The notes beneath the pieces were generated by a model. That model did not search any database. It was not told where the DNA came from and worked only from the letters and a program-made list of their open reading frames with translations. This document shows positions 1-11,299 of a stretch of 64,000 nucleotides of DNA, piece by piece. The stretch covers positions 8,259 through 72,258 of the forward strand of contig DIMA01000018.1 of the NCBI GenBank assembly GCA_002425325.1. Direction: 5' to 3'. Each line of letters opens with the position of its first letter. Position 1 is the stretch's first letter. The position numbers were made by a program, and so were the translations under genes. Source of the stretch: Bacillales bacterium UBA5578. Lineage in GTDB: Bacteria; Bacillota_I; Bacilli_A; RF39; UBA660.

Positions 1-2
1 CA

Positions 3-1028
3 TTTGGTAGAGAAGATTATATTAATAATTATAATAAACCAAAATATGATGAAATAGAAAATTCGGATTATGAAACATCATTTGAATCACAACTTGCCAA
101 TAGTCAAAATATTTATAATAATCAAGTAAATTATCAACAACAATCATTCAATCAACAAAACTTTAATCAAGGATATTATCAAAATTATAATCAAAACTTT
201 AATCAAGGTTATAATCAAAACTATAACCAAGGATATGATCAATCATATATGTATGGTAATCAACAAATGTATAATCAAAACTTATACAATGGTGTTAATA
301 CTAACATGAATAATAATTTAAATATGAGTGGTATTACACAAGCAGAAGAGATTACTACAGTTCAAAGAAAGAAAGAAAAAGAAAGAATTGTTAGACAAGA
401 TGGTCTTGAAAAAGCAGTAAGTAGAAGTAGCAGTGGTTCAGGAATTGCTACAAAGATTTTTTTAGGATTATTTTACCTTTTAATCATAGGAACTATAGCT
501 TTCTTTGGTTATAAATTTTATTTACAAAGTAAAAAATTCTATTTTAATAAGAATAGAATTGTTATGATGTTAGATTCTAAATATGTACCAAAAGTTTACA
601 GTGAAGGTAATTTAGAAGATAATACTAAATATTCTTGGTCTTCTGATGATGATAATATTGTTACAGTAGATGATACAGGTGAGTTACACGCTACTGGAAC
701 AGGTAGAACTAAGATTCAAGTAACTGATAGAAAAACTGGTAATACAGAAAAAATCAATGTTGAAGTTATTAATCCAACAGTTAAACAATTAGAAATAACA
801 GAGGATGAGAAAAATCTTAAAATTGATGAAAAATACACATTAGTTCCATTAATTAATGGAAGAAGCGATGTAGTTGCTAAATATACATGGTCTAGTAATG
901 ATGAATCTATAGCTAAAGTTGATCAAGATGGAGTTGTTACTGGAGTAGGTGAGGGTAGAACTAAAATAGTTTTAACACTAGAAGGTTCTGAGTTAACTTC
1001 AGAAATTTCTATAGTAGTAACAAAATAA
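3..1028 (+). CDS. Membrane-anchored protein with Q/N/Y-rich N-terminal tract and two bacterial Ig-like (Big_2) domains; 5'-truncated by window edge
   Basis: Frame of ORF 249..1028 is open back to base 3. NQNFNQGY-type repeats, one TM (IFLGLFYLLIIGTIAFFGY), two WSSxDxxIxxVDxxG...GxGxTxI motifs. Confidence 0.75.
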   Translation, partial: FGREDYINNYNKPKYDEIENSDYETSFESQLANSQNIYNNQVNYQQQSFNQQNFNQGYYQNYNQNFNQGYNQNYNQGYDQSYMYGNQQMYNQNLYNGVNTNMNNNLNMSGITQAEEITTVQRKKEKERIVRQDGLEKAVSRSSSGSGIATKIFLGLFYLLIIGTIAFFGYKFYLQSKKFYFNKNRIVMMLDSKYVPKVYSEGNLEDNTKYSWSSDDDNIVTVDDTGELHATGTGRTKIQVTDRKTGNTEKINVEVINPTVKQLEITEDEKNLKIDEKYTLVPLINGRSDVVAKYTWSSNDESIAKVDQDGVVTGVGEGRTKIVLTLEGSELTSEISIVVTK

Positions 1029-1050
1029 GCACTAATAGTAGTGCTTTTTC
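1027..1050 (+). terminator. Intrinsic terminator
   Basis: aagcacta-atag-tagtgctt hairpin followed by T-run just after the stop codon. Confidence 0.6.
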
Positions 1051-1092
1051 TTTTATTTTGTGTTAATATATAAAACCATTGGAGGAATAACT

Positions 1093-1593
1093 ATGAAAAT
1101 TTTTAAAGATAATAAAGTATATGTACAAAAAAATGATATTGCATATTTAAATCATACTGATATAGCAATACCAGCATCTATATTTACTAAAGTATTTGGT
1201 GGTGGAATAGTAATTATAGATGATAGAAATAGATATGATTTTATTGAATTTGATTTACCAGAAGAAGTTAAATTTTTTGAAGAATTAGATTGGATAGTAA
1301 ATTATGACGATGTAAAAGATTTAGAAGATAATGAAATTATAAATTTAGGGCAAAATCTTGCTAATGAAAAGAATACTATGGCTAAAAGATTTAATTCAAT
1401 GTCAAATAAAGAAAAAGAAGATAATATGGATTTAGTTATAAAATGTGAATTAATGGATTTTAAAATTTATTCATTAAGAGATATATTGTGGTTTAAACAA
1501 GGACATATAAAGATGACTTTACCAGGTGAAGAATCTCAAAATGGTAAGGGTATTAAAAATAAAATTAAGTCTATTTTTAGAAAGAATAAATAA
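1093..1593 (+). CDS. Hypothetical protein
   Basis: GGAGGA RBS at 1081 precedes ATG 1093; no motif recognised; basic C-terminus. Confidence 0.7.
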   Translation: MKIFKDNKVYVQKNDIAYLNHTDIAIPASIFTKVFGGGIVIIDDRNRYDFIEFDLPEEVKFFEELDWIVNYDDVKDLEDNEIINLGQNLANEKNTMAKRFNSMSNKEKEDNMDLVIKCELMDFKIYSLRDILWFKQGHIKMTLPGEESQNGKGIKNKIKSIFRKNK

Positions 1594-1624
1594 AAAAGAT
1601 ATTGTTTCCAATATCTTTTTTTTT
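1593..1624. terminator. Bidirectional intrinsic terminator; probably the original terminator of tRNA-Leu
   Basis: aaaaagatatt-gtttcc-aatatcttttt with A/T runs on both sides, a few bases outside the att core at 1631. Confidence 0.7.
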
Positions 1625-1744
1625 ACAATATGGTGCGAGTAAGAAAGTTATTTCAAACTTTTTTCGCTAAAGTAAGTAATCAATACAATAATTGTATCAA
1701 TTTCCTAATATAATTATAAACTAATCTGTTAAATAATCAAATAC

Positions 1745-2977
1745 TTATTTACCAGTTTGCTTACTTTTTTCTAATTTTCTTTGTAATCTTAATTGCTTTA
1801 CTTCCTCATCTTTTACCTTTTTTTGTTCTTCTGATAACTCATCCTGATTTATTCGACTAGATAAAGCATTAACTAATCTTTGATGAAGTTCATCTTCTTC
1901 AGGTGTATAAAAAGTGGCAGCATTATTATTTTGTGTCATTATAAGTTCTTGGATTGTTATTGTTGGAAGTTTTTCATATTTACTTGCTCTTGAACCATAT
2001 CCAATATAGCAAACCAAATTTTTAGATCCCCCTGCCTTAATATATTCATTCATAAATAATCTAAGACCTGGATCTGTTCTATCAACACCATAAGCCATTG
2101 GAATATCAATATTTCTACCAAATTCTTTTGCAAATATGAAAGCTCTACGAGGTCCAATTCTATTTCCACCGCGTTCGATAATTCTATACATTACACAATT
2201 AAGCATCTCATCTTTTTGATAAACCCAATTGTCATAATCTTTAATTGCTTTTTCAAATTCATTATCTTCTGGTAATTTTACACCTTTTTCTTTTAACATT
2301 TTAACTATTTCTTTTATATTTTTGTCTTCTAAATCTTCATTAGATATACCAGGTATTACACAATCCATATATTCAGACATTTCAACAAAGCCATTGCGAG
2401 TTAAGTGTAAATGAGCACTACCATGACCACGATTCCAATAAACAATATCTTGATATTTAGGTCTTGAAAATACATATCTTTCACTCCATGGAAGTGAATT
2501 AATAAATGCTTTGGTATTGTAAAATTCATCCCAGTCTAAATCTTTAATCTCTGAATCTTCGTCTAATATATCATTTGTATATTGATTATTTGCAAACATA
2601 ACTCCATTTATATCAATTTGTTCTTGTGATGAACCAGGCATTATTCTATTTATCTCGTAATCTGGATATCTTAATTCATACCAAACTGCCATTTTTTCAA
2701 TAAAATTTCTCATATCAATAGGAATTGAATATTCTCCTATATCAGTATAATGACCTTTAACCATATTTTCAGTAAACCAATCGATAAATTCATCTACTTT
2801 ATCGTCTAATACAATAGGACCAATTTTAGTGTCTCTACATTCTTCTTGTTTTTTTGTTGTAACATCGCAAATCTTATCTAAAGCATTATACATCATATAA
2901 TTACCAAATGTTTCACTCGATTCTTTTTTCTCAGTTATTCCTTTTCTTAATAATATTAATTTGTCTTTAATGCTCAT
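1745..2977 (-). CDS. Hypothetical cargo protein (410 aa)
   Basis: Long ORF with GGAGG RBS downstream of the relaxase; no family recognised. Confidence 0.75.
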   Translation of the reverse strand: MSIKDKLILLRKGITEKKESSETFGNYMMYNALDKICDVTTKKQEECRDTKIGPIVLDDKVDEFIDWFTENMVKGHYTDIGEYSIPIDMRNFIEKMAVWYELRYPDYEINRIMPGSSQEQIDINGVMFANNQYTNDILDEDSEIKDLDWDEFYNTKAFINSLPWSERYVFSRPKYQDIVYWNRGHGSAHLHLTRNGFVEMSEYMDCVIPGISNEDLEDKNIKEIVKMLKEKGVKLPEDNEFEKAIKDYDNWVYQKDEMLNCVMYRIIERGGNRIGPRRAFIFAKEFGRNIDIPMAYGVDRTDPGLRLFMNEYIKAGGSKNLVCYIGYGSRASKYEKLPTITIQELIMTQNNNAATFYTPEEDELHQRLVNALSSRINQDELSEEQKKVKDEEVKQLRLQRKLEKSKQTGK

Positions 2978-3018
2978 AAAATTTAAACCTCCCTTAATTT
3001 CTTAATATTTTAACATAT

Positions 3019-4362
3019 TTATCTTTCAAAGTCATCACTTTTGTCATTATTTTTATTATTTTGAATAATATCAATGTAATTATCATCAATAATTTCTTCT
3101 TCGTGTAATTCTTGTATGAAGTCATCATATTTATCATTAGAAAAGAATTTATCTTGTAAGAACTCTATAAACTTTTGCCATAACTCTTTGAAATAGTTTA
3201 ATGCTTCTTCAAGTTTAGATACTTTATCTTCTAGCTCATCAATTTCATCGTTTGCATTCTCCAACTCATATTGTAAATCTTCAATTTTATCATCACGAGT
3301 TTTAATTTTTCGTTGTAAGTTTTTAACTTCATTAGAATGATTTTTTAAATCTTCTTCATATTTTTCAAGTATAGTAGTTAAGTCATTAGTAGATTTTAGA
3401 TTAGAAGTTGCATCAGTTGTTTGTTTAATATAATCTTTAATTTCTTCGACTTCCTTATTTGAAATAGTGAAGTTATTTTTATTTAATTTGCTAGGTTTTA
3501 AATTATCTATAATTTCAGTAATTTGACTAGATTTATTTTGTAAATTGTCTGCTTTATCATTTAATTCATTAAGTCTTTTTTTATTTTTTTCTTGTTCCTT
3601 TTTTAATTCTCTATAATTAGTCATATTTTTAACATTTATATCTTGATTACGACCTTCTTCTTTTGTTTTAATGGTATAGTTTAAATGATAAATTCGATTG
3701 AATGAATTGATACAATACTCTCTCATTTTATCTTGAATATTTCTTAAACTATCTGTTGTAAATACATCTGATTTACCAACTTGTTTCTCCATACGATTTT
3801 TACTTCCTTCTTTAAAAGGAACACCAACAACATGTAAATGTGGACTAGATTCATCAAAATGAATAGTAGCATTTGCTATCTTAAAATTAGGTATAACATA
3901 TTCTAAATCTATTATTTGTTCTTTATAAACTTCAATCATTTTCTTTTTAAATTTATCATCTTGTTCAGTCCAAAAATCCATATCTCCAAGTTCAATAATG
4001 ATTTCACAAGCAAGATCTCTTTTGTTATCATTTGAGATATGATTAAAATAATCTTCTATTTTTCTATCATTTCTTTTTTGCTTTTCATTATATTTAATTC
4101 TTGCTTCTTCAAATAATTCTAAATACAAATTTTTAGTATCTTCTACAATAGAAGAAGTACCTTTAATCGTACAAATTAATTCTTTTTCATTATCATATTT
4201 TCGTAAATTATGCTTATCAACTTTTGATAATTGTTGATGATTTTGTATTGCATTATTACTAAAAGAAGTTGAGTTATTATCACTATTTTTAGCAAATTGT
4301 CTTGCTCGTTTTGTTTTATTTTTATCATTACTTAAATGTAGTGAATAGCCAAGTTCTTTCAT
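3019..4362 (-). CDS. MOBV (Mob_Pre) relaxase / plasmid recombination enzyme
   Basis: HNLR motif, IHFDESSPHLH (HxDExxPHxH) motif, long C-terminal coiled coil. Confidence 0.9.
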   Translation of the reverse strand: MKELGYSLHLSNDKNKTKRARQFAKNSDNNSTSFSNNAIQNHQQLSKVDKHNLRKYDNEKELICTIKGTSSIVEDTKNLYLELFEEARIKYNEKQKRNDRKIEDYFNHISNDNKRDLACEIIIELGDMDFWTEQDDKFKKKMIEVYKEQIIDLEYVIPNFKIANATIHFDESSPHLHVVGVPFKEGSKNRMEKQVGKSDVFTTDSLRNIQDKMREYCINSFNRIYHLNYTIKTKEEGRNQDINVKNMTNYRELKKEQEKNKKRLNELNDKADNLQNKSSQITEIIDNLKPSKLNKNNFTISNKEVEEIKDYIKQTTDATSNLKSTNDLTTILEKYEEDLKNHSNEVKNLQRKIKTRDDKIEDLQYELENANDEIDELEDKVSKLEEALNYFKELWQKFIEFLQDKFFSNDKYDDFIQELHEEEIIDDNYIDIIQNNKNNDKSDDFER

Positions 4363-4384
4363 AATTCCATACCCCCTTTATAGA

Positions 4385-4810
4385 ATAGAGTCCTACTATA
4401 TATAGTAGGTTAATTTTGCTTTGTCAAAATCTCTAACCCCCTATATATTTTGACATTTCACGTTGTTTATATCAAAATATGGGGGCTAAGGTTTAGGCAA
4501 CCTTAGGAACCACCTGTCTTATTTCGTAATAATGCTAAACTCCGTAAAGCATTAAAACTACATAAGACTTCTGATAAAATAACAAGCACTGCTTTTTATT
4601 TTATCTATCGAAAATTATTCAAGTAATTGCAAACTTCGTAAGCAATTATTTCATAATTTTATTTAACAAACTTTTCCCACTTTCATTTAAACGAGTTCAA
4701 CAAAACGTGTTCGTTTGTTATAACTTTTTTTAGAAAAAAGTTAGCAAAAAATTTTCTTTCGATAGATAACTTCAAAACAAAAATATAATTTTTGTTTTAA
4801 AGTTTTTCAA
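4385..4810. promoter_or_regulatory. Candidate oriT/RSA region with clustered inverted repeats
   Basis: Perfect 18-bp palindrome cctactatatatagtagg (4392-4409) just upstream of mob, plus several further hairpins. MOBV oriTs normally lie directly upstream of mob. Confidence 0.5.
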
Positions 4811-4850
4811 TTATGTTTTAATTTTGTTAGTCAAGAATCAAGACAAGCAA

Positions 4851-6791
<1,941 letters not shown>

Positions 6792-6964
6792 CTAAAATTC
6801 CAGTATGATAAATTATATTTGTTTTATATTAACCCCACAAAAACATAAAACTTCCTTTTATTGCTTTCTTATTATAGATACTTTTATTTTAAAGTCAAGA
6901 CATAATCCCCAATTTTTACCTATTTAAAGGCAATTTTAGAAGAAGTTAGTACATTTATATATAT

Positions 6965-7240
6965 TTAGTTTATTTGTTTTATATAGGTCTCTAAATCTGA
7001 CAATTTAATGCTTTTAGATAAATTTTCAATAAATATTTCATTGGAATAATTAAATGCTAGAAATGTAATACCCTTAATAATTATTCTATGAGGTTCAATG
7101 TAGTTTAAATTTGTCTTATTAATTTTTCTAATATTACCATTAATAATAGTTGGAGTAGTATTACAAAAACTACATATAAATTCTATTTTTTTCTTTAATT
7201 CGTTATCAATTTCTAATTTTTCCTTTGTAATATTTACCAT
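6965..7240 (-). CDS. Small hypothetical protein of the element
   Basis: 91 aa ORF with AAAGGA RBS, between tRNA and recombinase. Confidence 0.6.
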   Translation of the reverse strand: MVNITKEKLEIDNELKKKIEFICSFCNTTPTIINGNIRKINKTNLNYIEPHRIIIKGITFLAFNYSNEIFIENLSKSIKLSDLETYIKQIN

Positions 7241-7349
7241 TTAAACCTGTCCTTTCTTTCTTAAACACTAAAAAAGTACCAACTTCTTTTTGAAATTGAT
7301 ACTTATATATTTAAAACCTAAACTATAAAAGTTCGGACAGATTGCTTAC

Positions 7350-7436
7350 TGGTGCCCATGAAGGGACTTGAACCCTTACGATATCACTATCATTGGATTT
7401 TGAGTCCAACGCGTCTACCAATTCCACCACATGGGC
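7350..7436 (-). tRNA. tRNA-Leu (anticodon CAA), CCA encoded
   Basis: Minus strand GCCCATGTGGTGGAATTGGTAGACGCG-TTGGA-CTCAAAA-TCCAA-long variable arm-AAGGGTTCAAGTCCCTT-CATGGGCACCA; 87 nt. Confidence 0.96.
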
Positions 7437-7507
7437 ATATATAAATTATAACATATTTTTTTAATTATTACTTAAAAAAGTGTTATAATATTAAACATGG
7501 TGATTGT

Positions 7508-9883
7508 ATGAATTGGATTAAAAGATATAAATATTATATTTTAGCATTTATAATTCCTGTAATAGGATATTTTAGTATGCTATATTTTTCAAATATATAT
7601 TTTAAATCAGAATATTTACCAAGTGATGCATATGCACAATATTTTCCAATGTTACAATATTTTAAAAATGTATTAACTGGTACAGCTTCATACCCTATTT
7701 CTTTTTCAAAAGGATTAGGTGGTACGATGTTTGGAGCTTTTTTTTACATGTTATCAAGTCCAACCAATTTATTAGTAGTATTTTTTAAAGATATAAAATT
7801 ATTTATTATTACAACTATTCTTTTTAAAATGGGAATATGTGGATTAAATTCTTTTATATATTTTAGAAAAACAACTAGTTTTGGAAATAAATTATTATTA
7901 TTATTTTCTATGCTTTATGCATTTTGTTCGTATAATATAATGTATTGTTTTAATATTATGTGGTTAGATGGTGTAATGTTATTACCAATACTATTGTTAG
8001 GTATTGAAAAGATTATAAAAGAAAATAAAGATAAACTATATGTATGTACATTATTTTATATTATCATTTCAAATTATTATATTGGTTATATGTTGACTGT
8101 ATTTTCTATAATTTATTATATATATTATACTTATGTAAATTATAAAAAAACAAATTATATAAAAGATTATTATAAAAAAATATTTAGATTCACTTTTGTA
8201 ACATTTTTAACTGGATGTATGACAATGTTTATTTTAATACCTTGTGCTATAGAAGCAACAAATTATATTAGGGTTGATCAAAATATTAAATTTATTAATT
8301 TTATATTCTTCGATTTATATTCAAATACATACACTGGAATGGGAAACTTTATTAATCCGCTTAATTATAAAAGTATATTAATTTTCTTCTCAGTATCAAT
8401 GTTACCATTATTAGTTAATTATTCTACCAATAAAGAAATTAGAAAAAAAGAGAAAATAGCAACTATATTAATTTTATTATTATTTTTTATACCGGTAATA
8501 TTACCATATTTAAATTATTTGTGGCATTTATTTACATATCCTATGGCATTTAATTATAGATATAGTTTTATTGCAACATTCTTTTTAATAAAAATATGTT
8601 TAAAATCATTTCATAATTTAGATATAAATAAATCGATTTTAAAAAATGTATTAATTATTTATTTTATAATTTCATTACCTTTAACTATTTTAACTTATAA
8701 TACTATGGATTATTATATTTGTTTAAGTTATATAAATATAGTTGTTACTTTTATATTGTTGATAGTTTATTATGGTTTTATAAATAATAAAAAAGTGTTT
8801 TTGAAAATAATGTGTATTGATATGTTAATTAATATTGTTTTGGTGATATTTACTACAATTAGTTTTGTTAATAATCCAATTAATAGAGATTATGACTATA
8901 GTTTTTTTTCTGATAAATGTAATTTAAATTATAGATGTGAAACATTAATGGATGGCCAAAACAGGGGACTATTGTTTAATTATAATTCAGTATCATCATT
9001 TTTATCGAGTTTAAATTATAAACCTATAAAAACTATTTATGATTTTAATAATGAATCTGAAGTGCTAAATTATGTTTATTACGATTCAAATCAAATAATT
9101 ATTGATAATTTATATGGCATAAAGTATTTAGCACTTGATAAAAAAATAAGAGTAATTAATTTTTATGAGAAAGTGTATGAAAAAGATGATATTTACTTTT
9201 ATGAGAATAAAAATGCTTTAAGCCTAGGATATTTAGTAAATGAAAATATAAAAGATTATAGATTAAATAGTAATGGTGTTTATGAACAAATAAATGTAGT
9301 TAATATAATGTTTGATAGGGATTATAAACTCATAGATTTAAAATATAAAAAAATAAATGATACTACATATAATTTATCAGTTGATAATGAAATTAAATAT
9401 TTTTATATTAAAACAGATGGAATATTAAGTGATAAAACAAAAGGTAAATATGCTAAAAAAGATGATTATTTTATTTATTATGTTCAAGATGATAAAGATA
9501 TTAAATTAATATTTAATGATAAACCAAAAAATGTTGAAATATTTACTATAGATTTTAATAAATTAGATAATTTTAAGGAAGGTATTAATCAATTAGATAT
9601 TAAAGTAAATAAAGGTAATTACATAAAAGGAAAGATTAAAGGGCAAAAAAATAAAATATTGTTCACTACTATACCTAATGATAAAGGTTGGAAAGTTTAT
9701 ATAGATGGTAAAGAAGTTAAACATTATGAAGTATTAAATGGATTTATGGCTACTGATATAGAAGAGGGATCTCATATAGTGGTATTTAAATATAAAACTC
9801 CAGGATTAAAAGTTGGTATAGTTGTAAGTTTTATTAGTTTTATAACATTATTAAGATATGAATTAAAAAGAAGAAAGTATTAA
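7508..9883 (+). CDS. YfhO-family polytopic membrane protein (GT-C glycosyltransferase-like)
   Basis: DAYAQY, GLGG..F.Y.LSSP, NIMWLDG, SNYYIGYM, W......FNYRYSF, IPNDKGWKVYIDG, Y.TPGLK.G motifs. Confidence 0.85.
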   Translation: MNWIKRYKYYILAFIIPVIGYFSMLYFSNIYFKSEYLPSDAYAQYFPMLQYFKNVLTGTASYPISFSKGLGGTMFGAFFYMLSSPTNLLVVFFKDIKLFIITTILFKMGICGLNSFIYFRKTTSFGNKLLLLFSMLYAFCSYNIMYCFNIMWLDGVMLLPILLLGIEKIIKENKDKLYVCTLFYIIISNYYIGYMLTVFSIIYYIYYTYVNYKKTNYIKDYYKKIFRFTFVTFLTGCMTMFILIPCAIEATNYIRVDQNIKFINFIFFDLYSNTYTGMGNFINPLNYKSILIFFSVSMLPLLVNYSTNKEIRKKEKIATILILLLFFIPVILPYLNYLWHLFTYPMAFNYRYSFIATFFLIKICLKSFHNLDINKSILKNVLIIYFIISLPLTILTYNTMDYYICLSYINIVVTFILLIVYYGFINNKKVFLKIMCIDMLINIVLVIFTTISFVNNPINRDYDYSFFSDKCNLNYRCETLMDGQNRGLLFNYNSVSSFLSSLNYKPIKTIYDFNNESEVLNYVYYDSNQIIIDNLYGIKYLALDKKIRVINFYEKVYEKDDIYFYENKNALSLGYLVNENIKDYRLNSNGVYEQINVVNIMFDRDYKLIDLKYKKINDTTYNLSVDNEIKYFYIKTDGILSDKTKGKYAKKDDYFIYYVQDDKDIKLIFNDKPKNVEIFTIDFNKLDNFKEGINQLDIKVNKGNYIKGKIKGQKNKILFTTIPNDKGWKVYIDGKEVKHYEVLNGFMATDIEEGSHIVVFKYKTPGLKVGIVVSFISFITLLRYELKRRKY

Positions 9884-10440
9884 TTACTTTCTTCTTTATA
9901 TTTTGATTCAAATAAATTTTCTTCTTCATTATCTATTTCTTCAACATCATTTAATGCTGGTAAATCATCTATTGTTGATAATCCAAAGTAATCTAAAAAA
10001 TCATTTGTAACACCATATAATCTAGGTTTACCAGCTTGTTCTGATCTTCCAACTTCTTGAATTAAATTCTTTAATAATAATTTTCTAATAATATAAGAAC
10101 TATTTAGTCCTCTAATTTCATCAATATCTATTCTAGATATTGGCTCATTATATGCGATAATTGCTAAAGTTTCTAAAGCTGATTGACTTAAAGTTGAAGT
10201 TGTTTCTTCTAGAGTTAAATTAGTATAATATTCTTTATGTTCTTCTTTTGTTGTTAGTTTATATTTATTTCCTAATAGTTCAATTTTTATTCCTCTATTA
10301 GGACTTTTGTATTCTTCAGCTAATTTACTGATTGTTTCTTTTATTATACTTTCTTCTACTTTTGTTAGTTCTACTAATTCTTTAATAGATAGTCCTTCAT
10401 TACCTTTTACAAAAAGTAATCCTTCAATTATAGCTTCCAT
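9880..10440 (-). CDS. scpB: SMC-Scp complex subunit ScpB
   Basis: IEGLLF, LSQSALETLAIIAYNEPISR.DID.IRG, G.PRLYGVT.DFLDYFGL. Confidence 0.95.
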   Translation of the reverse strand: MEAIIEGLLFVKGNEGLSIKELVELTKVEESIIKETISKLAEEYKSPNRGIKIELLGNKYKLTTKEEHKEYYTNLTLEETTSTLSQSALETLAIIAYNEPISRIDIDEIRGLNSSYIIRKLLLKNLIQEVGRSEQAGKPRLYGVTNDFLDYFGLSTIDDLPALNDVEEIDNEEENLFESKYKEESN

Positions 10441-11151
10441 CTATTCACTTCCTTTTGCTTCAATTATAATATTTTCAAAATTATTATCTTGTTTAATATC
10501 AATTTCTTGTTTTTTAGACATACTTAGTATAGCTAAAAATGTTACAACTACATATTCCTTTGTAACTTCTTCAAATAATTCAACAAAGTTAACTTTCTTT
10601 TTTACTCTTAATATGTCTCTTATTTCCGTACTTCGTTTTCCTACTGAATACTCTTTATTTGTAACTTTAGTTGCTAAAGGTTTACTAGCCTCTTTATTTT
10701 GTAAGAAGTTATTTAATGCTGATACTAAATCGTCTAAAGATATACCTAAATCTAATTCTTGAGGTTCATTATAATCTTCTAATGTTGCTTCTCTTGTATA
10801 TATTTCTCTTCTAACTGCCTCTAATTCTTTAAAAGCATTTGTTGATTCTTTATAATTTTGATAATTAATTAATCTATTTATTAATTCTTCTCTTGGATCT
10901 TCAAATTCTTCATCTGTTTCTTCATGAGGTAATAATGTTCTAGATTTTAATTCTATTAAATCAGATGCCATTACTAAATATTCACTGGCAATATTTAAAT
11001 TTAATTCTTCCATTTTATTAATATAATCAAGATATTGTTTAGTTATTTTATCTATACTTATATCAAATATATCGATATCATCTTGTTTAATTAAGTGTAA
11101 TAGTAAATCTAGTGGTCCTTCAAATTCAGGTAATAAAACACTATATTCCAT
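10441..11151 (-). CDS. scpA: Segregation and condensation protein A
   Basis: FEGPLDLLLHLI, SEYLVMA..LIELKSR.LLP, VVTFLAIL; adjacent to scpB. Confidence 0.95.
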   Translation of the reverse strand: MEYSVLLPEFEGPLDLLLHLIKQDDIDIFDISIDKITKQYLDYINKMEELNLNIASEYLVMASDLIELKSRTLLPHEETDEEFEDPREELINRLINYQNYKESTNAFKELEAVRREIYTREATLEDYNEPQELDLGISLDDLVSALNNFLQNKEASKPLATKVTNKEYSVGKRSTEIRDILRVKKKVNFVELFEEVTKEYVVVTFLAILSMSKKQEIDIKQDNNFENIIIEAKGSE

Positions 11152-11299
11152 AAAATCAAACTCCTAATAATACAATAATTATATAATCTTTTATTTAAAT
11201 ATTCAATAAAAGATTAAGATAATAATTTTTTTCATCTTTTATTTTACACAAAATTAATGTATACTAAGTATAGTGTAGAATAGAATAGGAAGGGATTAT

